Below are positions 44,632 to 55,900 of a stretch of 64,000 nt of DNA, in pieces. Both the position numbers and the translations under genes were made by a program. The stretch covers positions 1,343 through 65,342 of the forward strand of contig DASXED010000160.1 of NCBI GenBank assembly GCA_036490295.1, written 5' to 3'. Under the pieces are notes generated by a model. It saw nothing but the letters and a program-made list of their open reading frames with translations, made no database searches and was not told the DNA's origin. Numbering within the stretch: the stretch's first letter is position 1; each line of letters starts with the position of its first letter. This DNA is from Verrucomicrobiia bacterium (lineage in GTDB: Bacteria > Verrucomicrobiota > Verrucomicrobiia > Limisphaerales > UBA11358).

Positions 44632-46268
44632 GATTTTGCCGGACGATAATCGAAATAATCAAAATCCGCGACCGCGCGCGTTCCGCCGACATCCTGCACG
44701 CACAAACCGACCATTGCGCCGGTGAAATGCAAACCCGTGCCGTAGTCGTCGGATAATTTTGAAGCGTCCAAAATCGGCCCAGTGTTCTGCCAGTTTTTTC
44801 CATCGGGCGACGCGCCGAACTGGAGTTTTTGGAAATTTATTTCTGCGCGCAGAAAAATTTGCTTCCAGTCGTTGATGACAATCTCACTTTCGGAAAGCTC
44901 GTCGTAATTCCCATCGTCGGTCAGCACAATGCCAAGAATTTTACCTTTGGTTTCATCCTGCGTGACGCGCAGATAAAAATGCGTTCGCGTTTCATAATAA
45001 CAAATCAGCCCGGCCATTTGTGTAAAATGCATCGGTGAAAATTCCAAGCAAGTTTCGGCGGTGAATTGAAAATGCTGGACGCGCCGCGCGATCAGGCTTT
45101 GCTCGAAAAGCGAATGCAGCGAATCGTGTCCGCGCAAACGCAGCCAGCCGGGACGTTCTTTCAGCGACAGCCATGATTCGTCGGCGGGAATGCGCAGCGA
45201 ACTCCATTTCACATCCAGTTTTTCCGAATCGAAATGATCGCGCTCCGGCATGGCAGGCCATTTTGTTTCTGGCAAATCTTTCGGCGCGGGCAATTCCACT
45301 TGCGGTTTCGTCCCGCCATTCGCAAGTCGCAGCCAGCCATTTTTCCATTCGACGCGCTGCAAACACGTTTCGCGACCGAGCACGCAGCGATCGCCGGCGT
45401 GAGCATCCGCCGAAGCCGATTGGTCGGGCGAAGCCAGATTTTTTTTTGCGCCCGTTTTCAGCGGACGACTGGCGAGATGCACAAGATGCCATTCGCCGGC
45501 CTGCGTTTGAACAAGTTCGCCGTGACCAGCTTTTTGCAGCGGCAATTTGATGTCATCGCGTGAAGTAAGCACTGAGGGCTGTGGGTCAAGTTCATAAGGG
45601 CCGAGAATAGTTTTTGCCCGCGCCATTGAGATGCCGTGATTCCACCCCGTGCCACCTTCGGCTAACATCAAATAATAATTGCCCTCACGTTTGTAAAGAT
45701 TCGGGCCTTCTGTAAGGGCTTTTTTTGAAAGGATATTCGTCATTGGCCCCACAAGCTTCTGCGTTTTGTAATCATATTCCTGAATTACAATTCCGGCGAA
45801 ACGGTTTCGGCCTTTGCGAAAATCCCAAATCATGTTCAACAACCATTTCCGCCCGTCATCATCATGAAAAAGCGATGGATCGAAACCGATCGAATTGAGT
45901 TCAATCGGTTCCGACCACGGGCCAAGAATGTCCCGTGCGGTCGTCAAAAAAATTTTAATGTCTTTGAACGGCTTGCCCATCGCAAAGGTTCGGATATTTG
46001 TATAAATCAGCCAAAATTGTCCGTCGGCAAAACTTAATGACGTCGCCCAGACACCGGCGGAATCCACTACGCCGCGCAAGTCGAGCTGAGATTGTCGCGT
46101 GAGCGCGTGGCCGATGAACCGCCAGTTCATCAAATCGCGAGAGTGATGAATCGGCACGCCGGGAAACCACTCGAACGTCGAATTGGCGACATAGTAATCA
46201 TCACCGACGCGGCAGATGCTCGGGTCGGGGAAAAAGCCGGGAAGAATTGGATTTTGGATTTGAGACAT
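44628..46268 (-). CDS. GH43 beta-xylosidase/alpha-L-arabinofuranosidase with C-terminal beta-sandwich
   Basis: NPILPGFFPDPSICRVGDDYYVANSTFEWFPGVPIHHSRDLMNW is the canonical XynB-type N-terminus. The stop overlaps the symporter start (ATGA). Confidence 0.9.
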   Translation of the reverse strand: MSQIQNPILPGFFPDPSICRVGDDYYVANSTFEWFPGVPIHHSRDLMNWRFIGHALTRQSQLDLRGVVDSAGVWATSLSFADGQFWLIYTNIRTFAMGKPFKDIKIFLTTARDILGPWSEPIELNSIGFDPSLFHDDDGRKWLLNMIWDFRKGRNRFAGIVIQEYDYKTQKLVGPMTNILSKKALTEGPNLYKREGNYYLMLAEGGTGWNHGISMARAKTILGPYELDPQPSVLTSRDDIKLPLQKAGHGELVQTQAGEWHLVHLASRPLKTGAKKNLASPDQSASADAHAGDRCVLGRETCLQRVEWKNGWLRLANGGTKPQVELPAPKDLPETKWPAMPERDHFDSEKLDVKWSSLRIPADESWLSLKERPGWLRLRGHDSLHSLFEQSLIARRVQHFQFTAETCLEFSPMHFTQMAGLICYYETRTHFYLRVTQDETKGKILGIVLTDDGNYDELSESEIVINDWKQIFLRAEINFQKLQFGASPDGKNWQNTGPILDASKLSDDYGTGLHFTGAMVGLCVQDVGGTRAVADFDYFDYRPAKS

Positions 46269-46272
46269 GGCT

Positions 46273-46911
46273 TTAATCTATTTTCGCGGCCCATCGTAAG
46301 GCATTCAGCAATAAAGTTTGAAACATTGGATGCAGCCAGACCTCCACATTGTGGCCGGGAGTCAGCACACAAACACGCCCTTTGCCCTCGATCCGAGTCC
46401 AGCCAGCGGGCTGCACGCCATGTTCGGAACGCGATTGCAAAAAAATCTTGGCCCGCGCATCGTCCAGTTTCATAAAATAATGCTCGTCCTGAACCATGAA
46501 TGGCGTGACGCTTTTCGTCAGCGGACGCCGGGGCTTCGGCTCGATGGTCACCGGACATTGCGGCGGATGTCGTAAAAATGCCCCGCCAATCACGCCGCGC
46601 ATGACTGGCAATTCCGCATAATCGGCCGTTCCCGAATGGATCACGACCAATCCCGTGCCGCGCCGGATGTGATCGCAAAAAACTTTTTCGGAATCTTTGG
46701 TGAGCCACGCGCGTTTTTTTTTCGCCGAGACAACATTGGATTTGGCGAGGACAACCAATTGAAATTTTCTCCAGTCGAGCACCGGCCAATCCGCGTTGTT
46801 TTTCAAAAATTCAAAATCAAAGCCGCAATCGCCCAGCGCTTTTAATCCGCGCCGCGCGATTGCGCCGGGATGCCAAAGGTCATCGCATAGAACCAATGTT
46901 CGAATGTTCAT
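46273..46911 (-). CDS. ThuA-like (trehalose-utilisation domain) protein
   Basis: Class-I glutamine-amidotransferase-like fold pattern LVVIHSGTA...GG.F..HP......I.....HP.T......F...DE.Y... Confidence 0.7.
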   Translation of the reverse strand: MNIRTLVLCDDLWHPGAIARRGLKALGDCGFDFEFLKNNADWPVLDWRKFQLVVLAKSNVVSAKKKRAWLTKDSEKVFCDHIRRGTGLVVIHSGTADYAELPVMRGVIGGAFLRHPPQCPVTIEPKPRRPLTKSVTPFMVQDEHYFMKLDDARAKIFLQSRSEHGVQPAGWTRIEGKGRVCVLTPGHNVEVWLHPMFQTLLLNALRWAAKID

Positions 46912-47837
46912 TTTGATTCCACCTCCGGCAAAATCGGCTTCATCAAACCATCGCGCTCGTCATGCAATAAATCTGTATTCAATCCATCAAGCACCAGCAC
47001 GCCTTGCAGCGATGAAATCAATTTCGATTCGCTCCATTGCCAGACGATTTCGTCGCGCGGATTAAACTCCAGCAGTTGAATTCCTTTTGCGCCGTGGTTT
47101 TCACCGTGTCCCTGCCAATTCGCGAGCAAGATGTTTCCATTCGGCAGCAATTGAAACATCGCATAGAAAAATGGATTCACTTCCGGCGGAACGGATTCTT
47201 TGCCGCCGAATTTGCGAATGATTTTTCCGTTCGGATCAAGCTCAACCAAAAACGCGCCGTAGGCCGCCGAGATAATTAAATTTCCGTTCGGCAGTCGCAG
47301 TGATTTCCACGCGTGATAAAATCCATCCACTGAAAATTCGCGCAGATACTTTCCATCGCGCGAACCTTCGCGGATGCGGTCGTTGCACGACATGAGATAA
47401 GTCCCCTGTTCCGTCTGCCGGATGAGCCGCACATAATCGCCGGGAAAAATCGCACGATAAATTTCCTTGTCGCTTGCGTCTAATTCCAACACGGCAACAC
47501 CTTTTGCACCCGCAATGTCCACACCCGCGATGATCGTGTGACCGTCCGGCTGCCGTCGTGCCGCCGTCACGCCTTCGAGCGCCGCAAATTCTTTCACCAC
47601 GCGGCCCAGCGTCAGGTCAAACTCCGTGTAGCCGTGATGATGCCCGATGAGAATTTTATTTCCGCCGATCAATTGCATGTCGCGCGCCTGCGGCCGGCCG
47701 ATTGGCACGATCCAGTTTTTTGACTGGTCGGATTCATTTACGCGCAACAAGGTCGCGTGACCTTCGTCAATCGCGATGAATTCGTGTTGGATGGTCGCGC
47801 TCAAGAAATTTTGTTCCTCCGCTTCATGCAAAATCAA
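46908..47837 (-). CDS. Hypothetical beta-propeller-like protein
   Basis: Repeated beta-blade-like segments (LPNGNLIISAAYGAFLVELDPNGKIIRKF; LLPNGNILLANWQGHG). ATGA overlap with the ThuA gene. Function unknown. Confidence 0.6.
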   Translation of the reverse strand: MILHEAEEQNFLSATIQHEFIAIDEGHATLLRVNESDQSKNWIVPIGRPQARDMQLIGGNKILIGHHHGYTEFDLTLGRVVKEFAALEGVTAARRQPDGHTIIAGVDIAGAKGVAVLELDASDKEIYRAIFPGDYVRLIRQTEQGTYLMSCNDRIREGSRDGKYLREFSVDGFYHAWKSLRLPNGNLIISAAYGAFLVELDPNGKIIRKFGGKESVPPEVNPFFYAMFQLLPNGNILLANWQGHGENHGAKGIQLLEFNPRDEIVWQWSESKLISSLQGVLVLDGLNTDLLHDERDGLMKPILPEVESK

Positions 47838-47846
47838 GTCGAGCCG

Positions 47847-48833
47847 TCATTCCTTGCCCTTGTGCCAGTTGGCGCGCTGCCACTCGTGCTCGCGCAATTT
47901 TAAGTCCAGCGCGTCAGACAGCGGCAGTTGGTCGCTCACGCTGCAATTGAGTTGCGCCTGTCGCTCGTTGCGCATTCCGGGAATCACCGTGGAAACACTC
48001 TTTGGTTTCAATGCGAATTTCAGCGCTGCCGTCGCCACATCCGGTTCTGCTGAACCGATCGCCGCCTTGATTTTTTCCACGCGGCGCACCGTGCGTGCCA
48101 GCCGGTCGCCGCCGAAATAGTTACTGCGGAATTCACCTTCAGCGAATTTAGTCTGCTCGGTAAATTTGCCAGTCAACGCGCCCTCGTCAAAAACCACGCG
48201 CACGATCACGCCAACATTTTTCTCCAAGGCGACCGGCAAAAATTCCGCCGACGGCTCTTGTTCAAAAATATTGTAGATGACCTGCACCGCGTCGAGCCAG
48301 CCGCCGCGCATCAGATCAATCAGCGAATTTTGATCCTGCTCCGGCGTGCTGATGCCGATGCCGCGCAACTTGCCTTCCGTCTGCAACGCGCGCAGCGTTT
48401 CGAGCGCGGCCGGATTTCGATTCCACGCGCGCGTCCAGGTGTGAAGCTGCAACAGGTCAATACAATCGGTCTGGAGATTTTTCAGGCTGAATTCGATCCG
48501 TTCGCGCAAGTAAGCCTCGGGAAACCGATCCTGAATTTTTTCGTAAGCCGTCGGCGGCCAGTTGCCGGGCATGACCGGCGGAATTTTTGTGGCGACGTAA
48601 ATGCGTTCGCCTTTGCGCTCCTTCAACACGCGCCCGATAATTTGTTCGCTGTGGCCATCGCCGTAACCTTGCGCGGTGTCAATGAAGTTGCAGCCGAGAT
48701 CAAGTGCCTTGTGCAGCGTGCGAATGGACTCGTTATCGTCCTGCTGACCCCAAGCGCGCCCGCCGATGGCCCAGCCGCCAAAGCCGATCTCGGAAATTTT
48801 CCAATTCAAACGTCCAAATGTCCTGTATTTCAT
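47847..48833 (-). CDS. Aldo/keto reductase
   Basis: ISEIGFGGWAIGG..WG, LDLGCNFIDTAQGYGDGHSEQIIG, and the IPGMR motif near the C-terminus. Confidence 0.9.
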   Translation of the reverse strand: MKYRTFGRLNWKISEIGFGGWAIGGRAWGQQDDNESIRTLHKALDLGCNFIDTAQGYGDGHSEQIIGRVLKERKGERIYVATKIPPVMPGNWPPTAYEKIQDRFPEAYLRERIEFSLKNLQTDCIDLLQLHTWTRAWNRNPAALETLRALQTEGKLRGIGISTPEQDQNSLIDLMRGGWLDAVQVIYNIFEQEPSAEFLPVALEKNVGVIVRVVFDEGALTGKFTEQTKFAEGEFRSNYFGGDRLARTVRRVEKIKAAIGSAEPDVATAALKFALKPKSVSTVIPGMRNERQAQLNCSVSDQLPLSDALDLKLREHEWQRANWHKGKE

Positions 48834-48848
48834 TTTGAAATTCTTTCG

Positions 48849-51203
48849 TCAGTTATCGTGGTTGCCGAGCCAAAGCACCACCGTCGAGCGCGGCGAAACT
48901 TTCACTGGTGCGCTCAAATCAATCATTTTGCCCGAGACCAATTCGCGCGCCGTCTTGAAATTTTCCGGCGGCTTCAATTCAAACGTCTTGTCCGTCGTCA
49001 TGTTCATGCCGATCAAATAATTTCCATAACGCAGCGTGTAGAATTGTCCTTTGCCGGCAAACACGTTGTCATCCCCTGGACGAAAGCGCACGCCGTCGGG
49101 AATTTTTGCGATGGGAAGTTTTTCACCGGCTTCGGCAGAATGCAAATCGTCTGGATAATGAACGCCGCCCGGAGTCGCGCCGCCAATCGCGTCGCGCCGC
49201 GTGTAAAAAAGTCCGCTGGGTTCAAATTCCGTTTCCTGCCGCACGACGGCGATGCGTTCAAATTGCGGCGTGATGTAATGGACGCGCGCGAGAAAGTTGA
49301 TTGCCTTGTGCGCGCGCCAGTAAAGCGAAATATACAAAATGTCGTCGCCGTTTTTCAGCGCGACGACGCCGTCCTCCTCGTCGCTGAAAACAAAATCCGG
49401 CTGGCCGCGCGTCATCGGCAATCGCTTCGAGATTGGCGGTTGCGCTTTGACCAATTCATATTGATCCGGCACGCCGAGCAAACCGGCGGTGACGCGAAGA
49501 TTATTTGCCTGCGCCATCTGGCGTTCGAGCGAAATGAAAAACTGGTTGTCGTCAAACATCTGCTGCGCGTAGCCGATGGCATCCGGGTCGAGCGTGGCGG
49601 CGACGGCGTAAAGCGACGAGGCGTCCCAAGTGGAACGCTCGGCATACATGACGTTGCCGGGATAATGCGCGTCGCGCCAGCCGATGATCGTCTCGGCGCG
49701 CATGGCGCGAAAACCGTCCGCGTCCACAGCAGGATAACGGAACGGCGCGCGTGCGTTGGCGATTTGCTCCAGCCGCGCCTTGATTTTTTCGTCGCCGGGC
49801 AAGCCGGGCGCAGGCCGCGTCGCGTCGTATATCAAAGTCACCCAGTCCAAAACCTCGCCGTAATATCCGACGAAGCCCAGTTCCTTCGTCAAAGTTTTGC
49901 CGGTGAGTTCCCAATAATTTGTCCCGATGTTCCAACGGTGGCTGTCCGCTCCGGGATCGCTGTCGCGCCACGGCTCGAGGCTTAAGGCTTCGTAGAGATA
50001 ACGACGGACTTCGTTTTCGGAAAGCGCGCTCGCCGGATCAACCACTTCGAGTCCGCGATTGGACAGATAAATATTCATGTCCGTGATCATGGATTGGTTG
50101 GTGTAAAGCCGGCGGTTTTTCCGATGCCAGTCACGACCAGCAACAAGCATTTCGGAATACGCCGCGCGGCGAAGAATTTTTTTGCCGGCATCGTTAATCG
50201 GGTCATCCAGCAACGGTTTTAATTTTTCAGCCAATAACGAAATCGCGTCGCCAGCCGGACCGAATTCAAACCAGTCCGGATTCGGCGTGGTTGGATCGTG
50301 CTGCGCGAGTTCTGGATTTTCGCGCCATTGGGCAAACAGCGCGTCCAGTCCTTTCACAACTTGCGTGACGACATTTGAGTTTTGAAATGTCGGTGTCCAT
50401 TTCACAAAATACGCCTTCGCCAGAAATTCCATCTGCATTTCGTTGAGCGGCTTGGTAGAAGCGAGCAGATTTTTAATTTCGCCATTCACGCGCGCCTTGA
50501 GCTTGTCCATGACTTCCGCGCCCGGCTCTTTGCGGACGGGCGGATTTGTTGGAGCGTCACCTTGTTTTTCATTGGCGGGCGGAACAAAAAATCCGTTTGT
50601 GTGCGTGTAAAATTTGTAAATGCCGCGCGTTGGCAAATTCATCGGCTTTTGGAATTGATTAAAATTCTGGCCGTAACCCCAGACCGCACCAATGCTGCGG
50701 ATCTCAAAATGCAATTCCGTTTTACCTTTTGTCATTTCAATCGGCAGCGGAGAAGTGGAATAAAAAAAACGTCCGTTCAACGGTGGCTCGTTGCCGTCAT
50801 TCCCGAAATCCAGCAGATCAACGTCGCCAAGATGGATGTAGCCGACCTGCTTGCCTTCGCAAAAAAGAATCAGGCGTTCTGACGACCCATCCGAACCCCA
50901 AAGCCGGATCGTGGCGTAGTTGGGTTGCGCCGGATCAATTTTCAGCGTGAACGCCATGCTGCCGCCCTGCCAGCTTTCGGTTTGCAGCGGCAATAATTTT
51001 CGCGCCGATTCGTCCAGTCCGCCTTTGACGATCTCACTGGTCACACTCGAAAATGCGTGGTTCGTCTCCGAAGCAACGTCGCCAAACGTAATGGAATCAA
51101 TAATGGCGGGCGATTCTGCCACCAGTCCAATTGAAGCTAAATGCGTGGACAAAACGACCATCAAAAATCCGGTAAAAAAATGCGTGAGGAATTTCTGCTT
51201 CAT
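48849..51203 (-). CDS. Secreted hypothetical protein, 784 aa (candidate carbohydrate-active enzyme; no family recognised)
   Basis: Signal/anchor FFTGFLMVVLSTHLASIGLVA. Long, non-repetitive and tightly packed within the CAZyme array (15- and 19-nt gaps). Confidence 0.7.
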   Translation of the reverse strand: MKQKFLTHFFTGFLMVVLSTHLASIGLVAESPAIIDSITFGDVASETNHAFSSVTSEIVKGGLDESARKLLPLQTESWQGGSMAFTLKIDPAQPNYATIRLWGSDGSSERLILFCEGKQVGYIHLGDVDLLDFGNDGNEPPLNGRFFYSTSPLPIEMTKGKTELHFEIRSIGAVWGYGQNFNQFQKPMNLPTRGIYKFYTHTNGFFVPPANEKQGDAPTNPPVRKEPGAEVMDKLKARVNGEIKNLLASTKPLNEMQMEFLAKAYFVKWTPTFQNSNVVTQVVKGLDALFAQWRENPELAQHDPTTPNPDWFEFGPAGDAISLLAEKLKPLLDDPINDAGKKILRRAAYSEMLVAGRDWHRKNRRLYTNQSMITDMNIYLSNRGLEVVDPASALSENEVRRYLYEALSLEPWRDSDPGADSHRWNIGTNYWELTGKTLTKELGFVGYYGEVLDWVTLIYDATRPAPGLPGDEKIKARLEQIANARAPFRYPAVDADGFRAMRAETIIGWRDAHYPGNVMYAERSTWDASSLYAVAATLDPDAIGYAQQMFDDNQFFISLERQMAQANNLRVTAGLLGVPDQYELVKAQPPISKRLPMTRGQPDFVFSDEEDGVVALKNGDDILYISLYWRAHKAINFLARVHYITPQFERIAVVRQETEFEPSGLFYTRRDAIGGATPGGVHYPDDLHSAEAGEKLPIAKIPDGVRFRPGDDNVFAGKGQFYTLRYGNYLIGMNMTTDKTFELKPPENFKTARELVSGKMIDLSAPVKVSPRSTVVLWLGNHDN

Positions 51204-51222
51204 GGTATTGCGAACTTTAAAA

Positions 51223-52914
51223 TTATTTAGTGATGAAAAATTCCTGCACCACCGGCTCCGCCGATTTTAATTTCGGTTCAATTGTCCGGCCATATTGCCA
51301 AGCGACGACGGTGACTTTGACGGGAAATTTTGCGCGCGGCGGAATTTTTGTGAATTTCAAAACTTCGTCTCTGATTTCCGCCGGACCTTCGCGAACGTAA
51401 TAATAAACCGGAACGCCGGCATCAGAGGTCGCGTTCAACTTCACTGATTTCGTTCCAGCCTTTTGATCCGGAATTTTTGGGAACGTAATCTTTTGTTCCG
51501 CGCCTTCAGAAAGCCGGAACGGAATTTTCATCAACGCCTGTTCGACGGCACTTTTGTATTTTGCGTCGCCGGGATTTTTCGCCACCAGCCAGATGTCGCC
51601 CATGCGCCGGTCGAATGGCATGCTCAAGCGATTGAAGCGGATGGCAAACGTGTCAGGACTTAATTGCTCCACCGGGCCAGTGATCCGTGACAACCCGACT
51701 GGCACATCGTCCGGCGCATGGCCGATGGGCGTGCCGTTCGTCAAACCGGTCCAGGTCTGCGGATTGCCCGGCGGCACCATCTCGAGAAATGTTCCTTGCA
51801 GATGAAATGTTAGCGTCGCATCAAGCGGCGGAAATTTTAACCGCACCAGTTCAAATGCTTTTGGATCTATCGGAATCGTTTTTCCGTCCTGCACAAAGTC
51901 CGCAAGTTGCGGCAGTTTGCCGCGCTGGCGGGCGTAATATTTTTCCGTCGCCCGCGCCATTTCCTTGTCAAAGCACCAAAATGTTTCGGCGTGATTGCCG
52001 GTGTATTTGTCATACGGCGCGGCAGGCGCGGATGGCGGCTGATCGCGATGCCAACGATCAATCAACCAGCCATCATGCGGATCAATGAATTTTAATTTTA
52101 TCGGCTGGCCGAGCGGCGTATTTTTCGGCAGACGTTCTTCGGCGGCTTTGCGAAGGAATATTCCTAGAAAATCTACCAGTTCGTCGGAAGAATTAAAATG
52201 CCCGTTGCCAGCGTCGCACAAAAACGCCACGGGCGTCGCCGGATATTTTTCTTCAAAGACGAACGCGGGCGAGAGTCGCTTTTCCCACCACTCATACTCG
52301 CCCATGACCATCAGTCCGGGAATGCCGTTAATGTTTCTGTCGCCCCAGTTCACGTTCGGACGACCGTTGCCGACGAGATCGGTTTGCGGCGCGTCGCCGT
52401 GAACGGACAAAATCGCCAAAGTGCGTTGCGGATTCCACGCGGCGAAATTCCACGGAAAACTTGCCATCGCCGAATGGCCGATGGGAATGATCGGCGCGAA
52501 TGTCAGTTCTTCGTAACCGGATTCGTCGGCCAGAGATTTCAACAGCGCGTCGAATTTTTTATTCGTGCTGTCGTTGTTCGTCGTGTTCTGCCAGGTGTCG
52601 AATGTCGGCGCGATGAAAATTTCGGCGAAGCCGAGTTGCACGAGCGTTCTGCGAAAATCAGGATGCTGCAAAATTCCTTCTTCAAGCATATTGTTCTGAC
52701 CAACAACTATGCCGCGAACCTGCTTGCAATCCGGCGGAATCCACAAAAACGCGCGCGGATGTTCGCTGGAATTGGGCAGCGTGATGGAATCAACCGAAAC
52801 CGACCATTGATATTCCGCCGCCCTGACAGAAAACGTTCCGGCCAACAAAATGAAAATGAAGGCAAACGCGCCGTGATGCAGAAATATTTTCATCAATCGT
52901 GGAAAATTTTTCAT
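51223..52914 (-). CDS. Secreted hypothetical protein, 563 aa, possibly with an alpha/beta-hydrolase-like N-terminal half
   Basis: Start ATG 52914 overlaps the upstream stop (ATGA). Signal FAFIFILLAGTFSVRA. PIIPIGHSAMASF resembles a nucleophile elbow, but the last Gly is missing, so the esterase call is weak. Confidence 0.65.
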   Translation of the reverse strand: MKNFPRLMKIFLHHGAFAFIFILLAGTFSVRAAEYQWSVSVDSITLPNSSEHPRAFLWIPPDCKQVRGIVVGQNNMLEEGILQHPDFRRTLVQLGFAEIFIAPTFDTWQNTTNNDSTNKKFDALLKSLADESGYEELTFAPIIPIGHSAMASFPWNFAAWNPQRTLAILSVHGDAPQTDLVGNGRPNVNWGDRNINGIPGLMVMGEYEWWEKRLSPAFVFEEKYPATPVAFLCDAGNGHFNSSDELVDFLGIFLRKAAEERLPKNTPLGQPIKLKFIDPHDGWLIDRWHRDQPPSAPAAPYDKYTGNHAETFWCFDKEMARATEKYYARQRGKLPQLADFVQDGKTIPIDPKAFELVRLKFPPLDATLTFHLQGTFLEMVPPGNPQTWTGLTNGTPIGHAPDDVPVGLSRITGPVEQLSPDTFAIRFNRLSMPFDRRMGDIWLVAKNPGDAKYKSAVEQALMKIPFRLSEGAEQKITFPKIPDQKAGTKSVKLNATSDAGVPVYYYVREGPAEIRDEVLKFTKIPPRAKFPVKVTVVAWQYGRTIEPKLKSAEPVVQEFFITK

Positions 52915-55900
52915 GGTGAAACAATTGCCGCAGCTGCGCTGGATTCGCATCGCACAATCTGGCTGTCTTTTTCTTCCGTGATTTCGGCGCTGATATTTTT
53001 GTCGTCGCCGTCAAGATTCTTGATCGTGATTTCCTGCACGCGACCGTCGGCCAATTCGACGCGTAATTTGTCGGCGCTCAAAGCCACGGCGGATTTCACC
53101 ATCGGTTTATCCTCGTAAGGTTCAAGCACGGTCAGAAAACGCGCCTCGGTTCCCTGACTGCGAATGGCAAAAACTTTGCGCCGCTCGCTTTCGTTTCCAA
53201 ACGGATAATCGCCGCCGAGCGTGGCTTTGAAATGCACAGCTTTTTTGCCGGCGAGCAAAATGTGAATCGCCGCCGGATTCTTCTCGTTCAACGGCTGCGC
53301 GGGAATCGCATTCGTGACAAGCTCGCCGGCGATTTTGATCGGGCCGCCATAATAATCCTCGCCGGATTTTGCAGGAGCTTCAATGTTTTCAACTGTTGGC
53401 TGAACATCCAGCGGCAATTCTTTTCCATCGGCAGTGACTAATCGCGCGTTGGCAAGAAAGAGCGCTTTCCGTTTTCCGCCGTCGACGGTGAGTTTGATCG
53501 CAAGCTCTTTCGCATTCGCAACCGGCACATCAAGGTTCACCGCGCCCAAAATCCAGACGCCGCTTTCCCCTTGCGCGAGAATTTTTCCGTCGGCGCTGAC
53601 TTCGTATTTGACCCATTGTTCATTGCCCAATTCTTCCGGCGGCTGTGCAAGCATGATTTCCTGTTGCGTTGGCCAGAGCGAATGAACATCCATTTTCAAG
53701 ACGCCGGGTTCATTGTGCTGATTTTCCTCACCGCGACCATTTTGGATTAGAAATTTTGCTACCGCCGGCGCGCCGGCCTGATACCAATCGCAGCCGGTGA
53801 TGAATTGCGCAGAACTGCGCGGGTCGGAATTAAATTGCGCGTCGTGATGGAGGAATTTTTTGTCCATCGCTTCGAGTCCTTGAAATCCTTTCATCTGAAA
53901 AAGATTGTCGAAGGTGTGCATCTGTTGGCCTTTCAAATAATCGGCAATGACGATGTAATCATCCGTCACGATTCCAAGCCGCCGCTGCAAAATGCGGTCG
54001 CTGAACGGTCCGAGTTCGCCCCATTTTCGGTCAGTCACCAGCGGAAAGCTCTGGCGATTTCGTTTCATCATCGCCGGCAAATCCGCCGACGCGCCGCCGC
54101 TGGATTGTGCGTCATAAACCATGCCGCCATAAGGCGGATCGGACCAGCGCGCGTCGGTTTCCTGCGCGGAGACCTGCATCATTTTACCGGAATAAAAAAG
54201 CAGTTGCGACGACGGCACGGCTTCCTGCTGTTTTTGATCCACGACGACCATGTTGTGCGCGACGGAATTCTGGACGAAAAATTTATACATGAAATTTCCG
54301 TAGCCCCACCAGATGCTTTCTGGATTCCAAAAACTATGCCCGTAACGCGAAATCGAATCCAGCGACGCGCGATCAAAGTGTCCGTGAAATCCGCCTTGTG
54401 TTCCGATTTTGAAAACAGCTTGAATTTGCTCGCGCGGCGGACGATTTGTTGTTTGCGAACGCAACAGCGCGAAGCCGAGATTTTCCGCAACGCCGCTTTG
54501 CAAATACGGCTTGTTGACCGCCTCCGGCAAATCCGGCACGCCGTAAATCAAATCGCGTTGCCCGCTGGCTTTGATCAGCGGGACATAGGCTGGATCGCGA
54601 AACGCATAATAGGCGAGTTCCATTCGCGAGCCGCCGATTTGTTCTTCATGCCCGTCGTTCATGCCGAACGCGACGCCGCGATAATCGGCGACACTCGGCA
54701 CGGCGTCCCAAAGTTGTTTGATCGAGCGCGTGTTGCGATGGTTCGGCCCCCATTTTTCAAACGAGATGCCGTAAGGCGGATTTAACGCCCACGGCGCAAT
54801 GATCGTGTCCGGCGAAAAATTCGCCGGAAATTCCCGGTGCAACAAATCAATGCCCCACGGCTTGCACGCCAACGCCGATTGCGTCAGTTCGGAGGCGACC
54901 CAAAAATTGTAACTGGTCGAACCTTCCCACCACCAGCCGTCGTCCATGATTCCTTTGGTAACATAATCTTCAAAACCGCACGGGCCGTAAAGATAACGAT
55001 TCGCCGCCGACAAATCTCCCATCGCGAGTGAACAAAACAATGCCGCAGTGTCCGCCGCGACATTCCAATTGCCGATGTTCCCCACGTCCAAAATTGTTTC
55101 GACCGTTTGCAAATAAAGCCGGAACGTGTGCTCGATGGAATCGCGATCCGCCGTGCTCAAAACATTTGCGTCGAGAATTTCGTCGTAGGCGATGGCGATG
55201 ATCTGCCAGTTCTCACCTTCCTGCGGTTCGCCTTCGCTCACGGCGGCGAATGTCGAAGGATAACCGGTTTTTTCGTCGGCGAGACGGCGCAAAAATAGCG
55301 CGACCTTTTCGGCGTAATTGGTGTTGCGCGTCAATTGCCACGCGCTGGCGGTCTGCGAAAGTTTTTTGAATTCCGTCACCCAAAAAACATACGGATGTCC
55401 CTGCGGATCGCGCGCGCGCTGTTCCGGCGTCGCCACTTCCGGCACTTGCCACGACTCGGCGGCATCCACAAATTCCTGCTGGCGGGTTTTCGCCCAATCA
55501 TATTTTGCGACCTTGTCGCGCACTTTGTCCCAGCCTTGCGCCGTGAGCAAAATGCCCGGACGCGAAAGGTCTCGCGCCGTGATAAATTTTAATTTGGCCG
55601 GAGAAATTCCATTGGCCGTTGCGAGCAACGTCTGCGTTTCGTGTCCGCCCCGCGCAATGCCATTTTTTGGCAACGAAACTGAAACCACGCAGTTTTTTGT
55701 TTCGCCCGGAGACAAAGTTAATCGCGCAGGCTCGACTGAAGCCATCATCGTTTCCCAACCATATTTTTTAAAATTGAGAATTATATTTTGCGGTGCGTCG
55801 CTGCAATTGCCGACGGTCACTATGTAAGTCGCCGTTCCACCAATCGCCGTGGATTTTCCTTTCACCGGCGCGTCGAGGAAAATGACCGGCGCGCGAACCA

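Noticed and set aside
48258-49985. 575-aa plus-strand ORF, the longest unexplained entry in the ORF track
   Set aside because: It lies entirely antisense to the aldo/keto reductase and the 784-aa gene. Its translation is Arg/Ala/Val-rich with no domain signature, whereas the minus-strand products have clear family motifs and signal peptides. This is a typical shadow ORF of GC-rich DNA. The same reasoning applies to other long antisense or alternate-frame entries, e.g. 7362..8312, 9480..10373, 13988..14887, 27343..28131, 33102..34040, 35239..36240, 41726..42694, 52198..53118, 53805..54785 and 55788..56591.
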